Assembly: GCA_907165135.1 (NCBI GenBank) | Contig: OU015570.1 | Coordinates: 1,302,001 to 1,366,000, forward strand | Source of the DNA: Oikopleura dioica | Taxonomy: Eukaryota; Animalia; Chordata | DNA: 64,000 nt | Reading direction: 5' to 3' | In this document: positions 39,286 to 50,320 of the stretch, one piece after another | Numbering within the stretch: the stretch's first letter is position 1 | How the letters are laid out: the number at the start of each line of letters is the position of its first letter | The notes under the pieces: generated by a model | Database searches by the model: none | Seen by the model: the letters and a program-made list of their open reading frames with translations, nothing else | What the model was told of the DNA's origin: nothing | Made by a program: the position numbers and the translations under genes

Positions 39286-39688
39286 ACAAGAAACGTGGGA
39301 CTAATTCGTCTTTAAGTTAGGTTTATTAATATTCTCGGGGCAGAATGAACAGTGGAATTATCTTCGTTGTCGTCTTCTGCTGCAAGTCGAGTCGGGCGGA
39401 AATCTGAATTCTAAATGTTAGTTCCAACGTTACGTTTGCACGTGACGTTCTAAATGTTCTAAGGCCCGATGTCCTAACTTCTAAATGCACGTTCTCTAAT
39501 TAACTCTCTCAGCGTGACTTACCGCGTTGTCCGATTTCGACGACTGAATTGTCGAATCTTGAACGCGGCTTTGCTGCCTAGGTGTCAGACTTGCGCAGGC
39601 CCTGCGGCCCTACCGACCGGTCGCACGCGACCGCGCTGATTATGGAATCATGGAAGATATGTCTTCCTTTACCAGGATGAAATCTCGT
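39286..39688 (-). repeat. 3' LTR (39286-39619 shared with the 5' LTR; probably extends to the PPT at 39688)
   Basis: Identity with 52298-52631; PPT directly adjacent at 39689. Confidence 0.8.
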
Positions 39689-39705
39689 CCCCCCTCTTTA
39701 TCTCT
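39689..39705 (-). promoter_or_regulatory. Polypurine tract AGAGATAAAGAGGGGGG
   Basis: Purine-rich tract (one T) upstream of the 3' LTR on the element's sense strand. Confidence 0.6.
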
Positions 39706-39812
39706 GCTAAGTTGCTTAATTAAATGGTACTTGATTTCTATCCATTCTAATTTTAAGCTGATTCCATAAGTAGTTTATTAGTTTATCCGTTACGTGAATC
39801 GTTCTTTACCTT

Positions 39813-42445
39813 CTATTTTTTGAACTTTTTGTAGTTGCCTCCTGCTTGGCCATTCTTTCGTTTGTTGCTGAAGAACTTCTTGTGGTTGGTCACCATTGTT
39901 CCCTGGGCCCAGGCCGGCAACTTTGGAAGTTCTTTCGCTGGAGATTCCGACAAGTCGTAAACGACGAGCCTATTCGTCGGTGAAACCACAACCACGTGGG
40001 AATTTCGTACTTCCGGCAAACCGAGCAAGCTTTTCAGGCGCCCTGCCAAGCAATCGGACTCGACCATCTTCACCAAATCCTCTAGCGACTTGGTTTTGAG
40101 TCTGTCAAGCTTCGCTTTTTGCTCCTTGACCTAAATAAACCTTATTTTCAGTTTCTAATCTTTAACTTTTGATGTTATTTTTTTCACTATTTTAAATTAT
40201 TTCTTGTGTTAAGTTTCGGTCTCTAGAATATGTGTTTACCCTTAAATTTCTCATCTTCCAGTTTTGCTTTCAAATTCTTGATTTCTTTTCAAATTTTTGC
40301 GCACAGCGCTAATTAGCTCCCTGATTGGCTGAGCCGTCACTACGCGTCGCACACTCATAGCGTTATTCACTGCTTTCTGAGCATTTTGATCACAGAGAAA
40401 TCAAATTTTGCTCATTCATTCTTTCTTTTTCTTTACAATTTTGATGGAGAGAAAATTACACTCTAAAGTTTTCTAGAACGTCTCGTGTTTTCGTCCTTGA
40501 TTTCAATATTTCTTCAGTTCTGTTTTCTTGCATTCAGAGGCATCAGGTAATTATTATTTTTTCTATATCCTAATTTTACCTCTATTTAATTCCCTCTAAA
40601 ATTTTTGCTGATTTTACTTACTAATTGTCGGATAGACTTGATTGGGGCCACAAGCTCCCTAAGGATAGGCCCTACTCGAGCGTCCATTAGCAAATCTTCA
40701 TCAATTCGTGGGACTTTGAATCCACGGCCGCCCAGTTCTTTGAAGACTGTTTCGATCTCACTCTTGAAGTGTTCGACCATGTCTTCGATTGAGTAGTTCT
40801 TGTAGCGTTTCTCCATGAACTCGCTGCAGTCCCGAAAGGCACGATGAGTGAAAGTCAGGGAAATCCGAATTGGGTTCGCCGATTGGACTACACAATTTCT
40901 AGTCCAGCTGACTTCCACTCGCCATCGCTCACAGCAAGCCCCTTGGGGAACGTCCAGCATGATGCTTATGAATTCATTGCTGGCCATTGCAAGAGCTAGC
41001 TCTCGGACGAAGCACAAACTGCCAGGGCGATACTAAATTTTATTTTTAGAGATGAATTTGGCCCCTCACGAGCTTCCTGACGATGATGGTCCGCCATTTC
41101 CTGCGAACTACAAGATTCGGCAACAGCTCGACTACTACCAGCGTCTTGTTGACAGGTAATTGTCTTTGTTCTTCTAGAGACATTTTTACTTACGGGGTCT
41201 TGTTCGCTTGCAATTGAAGTTGAAATCAGTTCCAGTGATTTCGCTACTTCCTGGACTGATCGTACGAACTTTGCAGCGGCTACATCCCGGCGCATTTGAG
41301 TCCTGATCGTATCCAACTGCGAGAAAATCGCTAGAAAACGCGTTGGGTTGCAACCGTTGCTAAGTTCTGACTGGAACTCAGCTTGCTCTTCCCTCTCGCG
41401 AACTGCGCTGACGGCAGCCCGGTAGTTGGCGTTTGCTACTTCTGCAGCGTCGACCATTTGGCCTGTTTCTTCATTAGCGCCTTCGTCTTCCTCGTCTGAG
41501 GACAGGAGCTGAACTTTTCTTGGGACGATTTCGCGATTTTCGTGCCCATCGGCCGGTGCTTGTTGTGGCTGAGCTCTGAACGGATTCGCGTTCTGAGCTT
41601 GGCCAAGCATGGATACTCCGTTGATTACGGCTTGTATAACCGGAGCCACTTGATTAGAGGGATTCGGATGGCTTGGGGGAACTGCTCCAACCATGGGATG
41701 GTCCTGGTCGTTACTGGTTGCCGAGATGGCGTGAATCGCCGTTCCAAGCGAACTCGTTTCCTGCTCTGGAAGTTGGTTCGAAGCGCTGGACTCGAGGCCG
41801 ACTTCGAAGATAGTCCGGAATATCCAATGGGTCAGCGGCAAGGTCGACGGGCTCGCGATCTTGGACGTAAGTTTTAACTCACTTTTTAATTAGAATTATT
41901 TAATTTTGAGAGGTTTTATAATTATGGACTAGTTAGTAATGAGTAATGTAATTTTTCTCACCTGCTTTGCCGCTCTTTTTCAGGCGTTCCAAAGCAGTCA
42001 ATTCTCGTCTTTCAGCTTTTTCAATTTGATCCCAAATGCTGCCGATCCATTTTGCGAGTCGCTTGATATCGTCTGGCTCCGGAGTTTCGATTCGAACCCA
42101 GAGAGTCCGCGCACTGATCGACGCGATTGGGAATTCACCGGGTGTTTTCGTGTTCATTAGAGGCCCAGTAAGAGAACAGATTTCCTGGCAAACAGTCAGG
42201 TCGTCACGCGTTCGGATGTATTCGTTTTCCTGGCCATTTTCGCGATCGGGCCAGTAGAATTCAGCGGCGTTGAAGAACAGCATTTCAGCCGAATCGGAAA
42301 AGCCTTCTAGCGGGAACACGGCTGGTTTTGAAAAGATAGGGCTCTTCAAATTTTCCACCTTAGCAGCTCTGATCAGGTCGAATTCCCCCGAAACTTCGAG
42401 CATTGTCCAAAAGCATTCCTCGCTTTCGAGCGTGCTCCAGATCAT
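39813..42445 (-). CDS. Cargo gene W: predicted 4-exon sense-strand gene, ~594 aa, unknown family
   Basis: Exons 42445-41962, 41765-41194, 41032-40622 and 40130-39813 total 1785 nt with no stop. Donors GTGAGA, GTAAGT, GTAAGT; acceptors TTCCAG, TTTAG, TTTAG; phases 1, 0, 0 consistent. AATAAA ~35 nt past the stop. The start may lie further upstream. Confidence 0.6.
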
Positions 42446-42520
42446 AAGGTCGACTTCCAACTTATCATCGTTAAGGGCCTCATTACCGGCCGATTTAGCA
42501 TCACTAAAATTATTTTTCAG

Positions 42521-43554
42521 TCTTCTTCCGACCCAAGGATAACCTTGGTGATCTTGCTTTCGCGACCCTGGTTGCCAGAGCGCTCAGCCTCGCCACCTCC
42601 CGATTCAAAACGATGATGGGATGCCCTTTGGAGCTCGCCTTCTTCAACGGCCTTCAAGTGAAGTATCTTCTCTTGAAGTGCCACCCGCTTTCGCTCTTTA
42701 CAACCGGCATTCAGTCGATTCAACAATTTTACGTAAGTTAATTCAATTGCATTTCTAATTTCATTTCTTATTAAAAGTTCTATCCTAATTTGTCTTTTAA
42801 GGTCGACTTCCGCGTTCTTCGTGAATACGAACGTGATCACCAGGAGCGTGTTGACGATGAATGGAGGATTGGCCTCAATGTCAATCCCAACGCCCTAGAG
42901 ATGCGAGTGCGAAACCCTGGTCGCCGAAACCCTTACACTCCCCCACGTAAGTTTCTTCAGATGTTGTCTAAACTAACTTCTAATTTTAGGTCGCATCCCA
43001 GTTATGCTCCCGGGCTTGGGCGAGCTCTTCCTTGGCTCCTTCGTCATGGAGGAGACCAACTACTCCCTGCGAAATACGCATGGTGCTCCTACCGGTGGTG
43101 CTCCGCGGCTCCTGACGCATGTCGGCGTGGTAAGTTCCTCCAAATGTTGAGTCCTAGCATTGACCTATTTCCGGCCTCGTAGACGGTTTCGTTGCCATTG
43201 CGGCCGCTTTCTGCAAAACTCGAGTTTCCATCTGGACTCTTAATTTATATTTTATTCTCCCAGTTGATAATTTTATTTAGGGACGCCTCAATCGCCAGTA
43301 CAACGAGTTCATGGGTCACGTGGCCCGTGAACACCGAGCCGCAATCGACTACCCATTCGAGGACCCTCGCGACCAGTCCATGTTCGATTATGCTATGGAG
43401 AACTTGGACAACGAGCCCGCTGTTCCCTCCGCGATCGAATTGGAAGACCCGGCTATCTTCTAAGATGGAGATTTCCGAAGAATATAGAGTCGATTTCTTC
43501 GCAAAACATTCCCGCTTAACTCTCTTTGTACTCGAAATAAAAACTGAAATCTAA
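42521..43554 (+). CDS. Cargo gene Z: multi-exon antisense gene, unknown family
   Basis: GT-AG introns 42733-42801 (69 nt), 42947-42989 (43 nt, CTAAC branch), 43130-43182 (53 nt) and 43224-43280 (57 nt) keep an open frame. The last exon is open in two frames (stop 43463 or 43554). The 5' end is unresolved. Confidence 0.55.
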
Positions 43555-43588
43555 CTGACTTGAAATAGAAATAAATTTGAAATAGTTA

Positions 43589-44407
43589 TCAACCCGACTG
43601 ATTTAATGAAGCCGTGAGAAAACTCGGCTTTAGAATTACCTCAGGAGTTTCTTCATCTAGAGCTAGCATTTCTGCATCTTGCATTTCTAGTTCCAAGGTT
43701 TGGCAGAAAGCGTGGAGATCGCAGCATTGGTGGAAAAGATTGGAGATATCTTCTCCGCGTTCGTGGGCGTTTCGCAGAAAATTCTTCATTTCCGCCTTGT
43801 TAATCATGGCGAAATTGTAGCCTGGCCAGATGGAATTCGCCAAGTGTTGGATGTTGAGAGCTGGCTCGGCTTGAGGGCCGAAAATCGCGATTTTCTGACC
43901 GAACATTAAATCGAGCGGGCCCGATTTCGGAGCCAAAAGGTTATAGCACACCTTTCCCACTCGCGAAAGCGTGCCCACCCGTTCGAGCGAAAAGTTCCAT
44001 TCGACTTCGAGGGTCAACTCTTGGCAAATGAATTCGTAGCTCGAATCCGATTCTGCCAAGACCAAAAGATCGACTTCCGGGCGGAGTTCATGGTGAACAA
44101 GCAGTTCGTTTATTCTTCGGAAGATTGAGGCCTTTGTTTCGACTTGGTTCCGGCTAATTTTCATGCGCTTAGCTGGTTGGATTGCAGCCCATCTATCCGC
44201 GACGCGTCTCCAGTTTTCTAAGCTCATGGCGACGCCGGCGACGTACTTGTCGCTGATCAGGCTGCTTAGCAGGCTATCGTCATAATTCTTGCAGATCAAA
44301 CGCTTCGTAAGCTCTTTCCTAACGCTCAGCGGAACCGGGTTTCGGAAAACTTGGTTCTCAGAAAAGCGCGAGATCATGCTTCCGACAATTCGATCCATGG
44401 CCATCAA
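43589..44407 (-). CDS. Cargo gene Y: single-exon 272-aa protein, unknown family
   Basis: Uninterrupted ATG-initiated ORF with globular composition; no signal peptide or TM segment evident. Confidence 0.7.
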   Translation of the reverse strand: MMAMDRIVGSMISRFSENQVFRNPVPLSVRKELTKRLICKNYDDSLLSSLISDKYVAGVAMSLENWRRVADRWAAIQPAKRMKISRNQVETKASIFRRINELLVHHELRPEVDLLVLAESDSSYEFICQELTLEVEWNFSLERVGTLSRVGKVCYNLLAPKSGPLDLMFGQKIAIFGPQAEPALNIQHLANSIWPGYNFAMINKAEMKNFLRNAHERGEDISNLFHQCCDLHAFCQTLELEMQDAEMLALDEETPEVILKPSFLTASLNQSG

Positions 44408-44818
44408 TGATTTCTAAACTGTTTTGGTGTAATTTATGTTAACTAATTAGTTATAATGGGCCAAATAGTCCGGAATTTCGAACTTTAAGCGTCAATAGAC
44501 ACGGCAGTTACAATTTAACAGGCTAGCTTTTACTCTCTTCTCTGCAGTTCTCTCATAAATCCTTTTTAATTGGCTTACTTCTCTACCGGTATCTCTACCC
44601 GCGTGGTGCTAACTCGTTTCATTGGCTCCCGGATTTCCGTCGAACCGACTAGCTCGATTTGGTTTTGATTTTGTTTTCAAAATTTTTACACGCGAAATCG
44701 GCGCCCTACGGGCACGTTTTAGTCTCGAGCGCGTCCTTCTCGTTCGTTATAAATTTCGCTACTGAATTTCCCTGCTGATTCTTTCTTTCTACTCATTTTC
44801 ATCCCTTATTTTGTAGAG
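44408..44818. promoter_or_regulatory. Putative internal divergent promoter
   Basis: 410-bp gap between head-to-head ATGs of Y and X; ATTGG (CCAAT-box) motifs at ~44570 and ~44620. Confidence 0.35.
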
Positions 44819-46218
44819 ATGGTCGATCATATTTCTGAGCTTGTACGAGAATTAGGGCGGACCTTGATGCCGCCAGAATCTGCGGGAGATCCTTCTGATA
44901 TTGAGCTGAGCGATCATCTAGAGCATCGTTCTGAGCACATTTTACCCGAGAACTTTGCTCCTATTATAGGTTGAAATTCTAGCATTATGATCATTGTTTT
45001 AATTTTAATTTACTCTTATTTATTAGTCGCATTTCTAAATTGAAGTTCTAGAGGTAATTCGTGGACATGAGGCTGCTAATCCTCCGACACCCTTGCTTGC
45101 AGCGAGACACTCTTCATTTTCCTCAGTGGCAGTAACCAATTCGACTTTAAATTCGAGTCAGTTGATGGCCCCGCAATTCGGGTTGGCTAATCAGATCGTA
45201 ACCATGCAAAACCGTTACTTGTGCGCGCTTGCCGCAGCTAACAACAGTTTTCCCGCCGTTCAACGGGTAAATGTATTAGTAGAGAAACACCACTTTACTT
45301 CGTTTAAGACCTCCTCCATGTCTCCCATTCCTGCCGCAAATGAACCACAGACTCATGTAATGAGCGACACTTTAATTGATGAACCCGTGACTGACGATGG
45401 AACTCCAGCCGCGATACCTGAGCGGAATGAAGCGCCGACCCCGCCGCGGCCTGCGCCAACTCATCCGTTCAAGCCTTCGCCGGTCAAGTATGAAGTTTCC
45501 GACGAGACATTGACCAGGGTCAATGTTCTGACTGGTTCCGTCGTCGGCGGCAACTTGTTTGGGGTTTATCAGCTATTGCATCTTCGCGCAAATGGCTTCT
45601 ATTTGCCAGAGTACCCGCTTGATTTGATCTATTTTGTTGACGACGGGAGCAAGGTAACTCTTCAACCACGAAATAGCTTACGGCTTCTATTCTAGCTCGT
45701 TGTTCCAGAGGGGGAGATAATTGGCCGTCAGTCTCTACAGCGGGGTTTCCCCGAGCAATTTGCGCCATACAAAACCTCTGGCTCGAATCTGGAACTGGCT
45801 CATCCCGAACTTCCTTTCTACCATCGACACTTGACCTTTCTTCAACATTTCGGTCGCTTCCTTAATTCTTCCAGCTTGTGTCCTTCTTTCTTTATCCGGC
45901 TTGGTGCTTCGCCCGTGGTGAGCTTAGCTATTCTTATTTCCATTACCAAGGTTCTAGGTGCAAATTGTGGACACTGAGCCTCAGTATCAACGTCTTGTGC
46001 AAATATCCTCGAAGATCTTCGTCAGATTCCTATCGAACTACCTTACTCGTTTGTTGACTTCGCTCTACCGTTATGTCCGTGGCGCTTACCTTCATCGTAC
46101 GCCTGGAGTCCTTTGCGATCACGTAGAACTCGACAAGATGCTTGACTCTCTCATCGACTCTGTTGTAGTTAAATTTCCTTTGCTTGTTCAGCAAGGGTCA
46201 CTCTGTTTTATCGGATGA
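44819..46218 (+). CDS. Cargo gene X: 4-exon antisense gene, ~411 aa, unknown family
   Basis: Exons 44819-44969, 45052 (or 45046)-45653, 45696-45917 and 45958-46218; GT-AG introns of ~82, 42 and 40 nt; phases 1, 0, 0 give one ORF from MVDHISEL to LCFIG*. Confidence 0.8.
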
Positions 46219-46437
46219 TATGTCCTAACAAATCATGTGAAACTAACTTCTAATAAATTATAATCACCGTCTCTATTTCTACAGGAGTTTAGTTGTTAAT
46301 AATTTGTTGATTGGTTAGCATATTCCCTAATTCTAAACTTACGACTAACCAGTCTTGTATTTTGAGTAATAACCGGCTAGTTTACTAAACTTTCTAAATA
46401 AAAATCGGACATTAAAGTCGATTAAATCTTCGCGACA

Positions 46438-49400
46438 TTAAGCTTTTGGGATCCGTGTGAAGCCTATATTGAAACAATCTGGAGTGGGGTTTTCCAATTC
46501 CTCGATTTCCGCGATTCCTGGGTTTCCTCTTCCGTCTACGACCATTTTAATGGCAAAAAATGACCAGATCTTGAAAGAGCTCTTGTGGTTTCGTTTCAGA
46601 TCCATTTTGACTGTGCTTACTAGTTTATTTTCAAAATCTATTCCCGTTGGGATCTGATCGCATTCGACTACTTTCCAAAATGGTCGCGAGTTATTCTTGT
46701 TGAATGTTTCCGAAAGAATTATGATGTCTCCTAATTTTATTGGGGAACTTGTGAGTCCTCCATAGCTTCCGTCCGAATCTTCGAATGGGACCAGCTCCAT
46801 TGCCTCACGAATGAAACCCTTCCTGGCTAATTTGTCGTTCGCTTTTCTCGACATTTCTCTACCCTTTTTAATTCTAGTCCTAATTTTGTCCCAATCTATA
46901 TCGAGCTTCTTTCCGGTAGTTTGACATTTTCCAGAGAAAAGTTCCATTGGGGAGTAACCGTGGCCTGCTTTTAGCTTATTGTGATTATAGTTAACGTTCT
47001 CCGCCAGGTCCCAAGCGTCCTTCAATTCGTTTAGAGCTAATACTTAAAACTTTGTTAACTTCCCTAATCGCGTATCTAAAATTGCTAAGTTATTTTTGCT
47101 CCTGGAGCTCTTCGTTGTTATCAGAACTTTAATATTGAAACCCAGTAGTTCCGGGTCTTCTACTAGTGATGAATTTATTCTTGCACCATCCGCGATGACT
47201 GTAGTCATCTCTGCCCTATCGCCCTTCAACGAAGATACAGCTCTTATCAGCGCGAGACGATTATTTTTCGCGTTGGAGGCTCCTTCTACCGGAATAAGCC
47301 TCGTGAATGCCGTCAAATGATCTGTGATTACCCAGAATCTGACGGGTCTATTGCCGTCAAGCTCATTTGTCCTGGTCATTTGGTCCCAGGAGCATATGTG
47401 ACCGATGAATTCCGGATTTAGATCGTTGTACTCTTTCAAATTGCTCACGGTGTTCGGTACATTTCTAAGGAAGGAGCATTTTCTGCAGCGGGAGATGATT
47501 GCTTTTAGCGCGTCCCTGATTTTTGGGGCGTGTACAATGCATTTAGCTTCATTCATGAGTGCTGTGTGTGAAGCACATCCTTTATCGTCATGGATTTTCT
47601 GCGCTATCCAATTCGTGAGTCTTTCCGGAATAACGGGTACGAAAATCTGACGCACGCCGAAGTTTCTCACCGTCACTACTTTACCGTTCAACACTTCCAT
47701 TTTCCATCTTGCTGTCTCGCCTCGTCTGTTTTTAGCTCCTGGTAATATCTCGTCTTCTTTGGCCTGAAAAACAGCTCTGAGCGTTCTATCCCTTCTTTGA
47801 ATGCTCGCAATTAAACCATCATTGGCTAAGAACTCTGACAGTGTTATCGATTTCAATTCTGGGTGATCTCTAATGACCGCTGGGTTGGTTCTCCCGACCT
47901 TGAAGCTCAAAGCCTCAGCCCTAAAGGGGGTAAAATTTATTGATTTGAAAGCCCGTCTCTGCTCGATCCACCAAAGTTCGTTACATCTAATATCTTGAAT
48001 CGCTTCGTATTCTTCGAGTTTCTTCGTCGGGATCATAATTTCCGCTAGCTGAAGATCCTTCTGCTTCTCCTCATTGTCTTCCATCATTTGTTGGAATTGA
48101 AGATTTTCTGATTTTATGACGATCGCGTCGGCGGCTTCGCAAACCTTGCACCGTCCTTCACATGTTGTAGCGATTGACGGTTTCCTGGATATAAAATCTG
48201 CAAGGACGATGTAATCACTCTTGTCCGACATGTAAATCACGTCTACGTCGTGGTTTACTAATTCTAGCAAATGGCAGTTGATTCTGAGGTCGTCGCTTAG
48301 GCTTTCGCCTTTTACTAATCGCTTAAATAATTTTTCCACGGACAAGCTGTCTGTATAAATTCTGGTGGTCACTCTTGCTATTTGCATTTCGACCTTGAAA
48401 AATTTGACTGCCGCAACTAGCCCTGTTAATTCGAGTAAACAACTCGACATCGCGATTTTGTTAGTGAGATCGGTCCTTTTTCTCGAAAACAATCTGATCA
48501 TTCTCCTGTTTCCTTGCTCGTCGAGTTGCATTAAAAATCCTCCTGTGGCGCAGTACGAGCTGTCGACCACTAAAATCGTTTCCATTCCTTCGACGACTGG
48601 GAACAAATCCACCAGATTCTTCGAAATAACTGCCTTTAAGTTTTGAAACTCAATTATGAGGTCCTCCGTCCAATTAATATTCTCAGCTGAATTCTTGCCT
48701 CCCACAGCTTCTGCTAGATTTCTAGTGACTTCTACTCTACTCGGGATGCTGTCTGATACGAACGCTACTCTTCCTAAAATTGCCCTCAACTGTCTAACCG
48801 TTTTAACGGATTCGTGGCTTTCATCTAAAATCTTTTGGAGGTTGTGCTCGTCTACCAGAATTTTCCCGTTGCAAATTTTCTTGCCAAGGATTTTCATGCT
48901 TTTGCCTAACAACTTCATCTTTTTCCCGTTGAATCTTAGGTTATTTTTATGGGTAATTATCAAAATCTTTTCTAAGTTTTCTAAGAATTCTTCTCTTGAG
49001 TTCGCTGAGAAGGTTAAATCGTCGACGTATCTGCACATAAAATCGTTGCAAGGGTAGTAAATCCTTGCCAGGAAGTCTCTGCTAATGCTGGGAGAGCACA
49101 CCCAACCCATTGGTAATCTAACGTAAGCCGTGTTCCCAATATGGGGATGTCTCACGCAGAAATTGGGAATGATCTCATCAGACATTCTAAATGAATGGAA
49201 CATCGACGATAAATCCGCCATTCCGATAAGTCCAGTCTCCGTGTATTTCGCCATCCTCTGAATCGCATCTCTGATCGAGTCCATCTCGTGGTTAGCAAAG
49301 GTTGTGTTCTGGTTTATGCCGGCCGAACAGTCCGATACTAACCTGATATTTGCCATTTTTTCCTCTACGGTCATCCCTGGCGAATGTTTTTTACTAACTG

Positions 49401-50320
49401 GGAAGATTCTCATAAAATTTTTCGGTTGAATCTTCGGGTCTAACGGTTTTAAAATTCCTTCTGCGAGCTCATTGTTGAGTTTATTTATAACTTGTTCTTG
49501 GACTTCAGGTGACCATCTCTCGAAGGATTTGTCAGCGAACTTGCCTGTCGGGTTTCCTTTTATCTCACCGTGGACGATGAATTGATCATCTGGTACTACT
49601 CCTGAGTCTTGGAGAAAACGACAAAATACTTTAAGAGCAGTTTTTTTATTTTCCTGAAGAATTTCTTGTCTTCGGGGTTATCCAAATCCAGAACCTCCCC
49701 GAATTCATCAATGATCACTTCGTCCACTGTGTTGATTTTCTTATTTTCCTCGTGAATCTGCTCGATTTTCCTCCAAAATTCGCGCATGCCGTCTGGGTTT
49801 ATTTTGTCAGTGGGTTTCATGTCGAAGAATATTGAGGCTAATTCGTCATTTGGGTCGATTTCCGACCTGATGCTCACCTCTGCGACTAAAGACTCCGTGA
49901 CAATCTTATTAAATTCTCTGCTCAATGCCGACCACTCTTGGTCCTCAACTTCCACATGATTCACAAACGTCCAATAATCCTCTAAAGGTTGATCGTTGAT
50001 CACAATCTTGGTCTCTCCATCCACGGCCTTGAATTCGATACCGTTCGGTTGCCAATCTCTCACTCCCAGCAGGATCCAGTTGTCGTCTTTTCCCTCATGG
50101 ACGGCTGCGTCCACTGATTTAATGTTTAAAGCTCCCAGACATAACGAGAACGAAACTGCAAAAGGCAACAATTTAAGTTTACCTCCGCCTGCCGTTGAAC
50201 CTTTCCGCATGCATGATCCCCTGCGAACCGCGCATTTATTTTCTTCTAACTGTTTCAGAAACCTGCAATTAATCAGGGTCGTATTCGCTCCTGTATCAAA
50301 ACCAAAGTGTAAGTATTCCT
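46438..50320 (-). pseudogene. pol: Gypsy pol (PR, RT, RNase H, integrase) with frameshifts and one nonsense codon
   Basis: PR FGFDTGANTT; RT YVRLPMGW and YVDDL; RH VVDSS, LLEL, YTDS, LADFISR; IN H..H..CRKC, SWDQ, IADG. Frame changes near 50315, 49600 and 49435; in-frame TAA at 47044-47046. Confidence 0.9.

Noticed and set aside
29935-50320. Alternative genetic code or stop readthrough explaining in-frame stops
   Set aside because: TAA, TAG and TGA all interrupt conserved positions, replace different residues, and occur together with frameshifts. Ordinary decay fits better.
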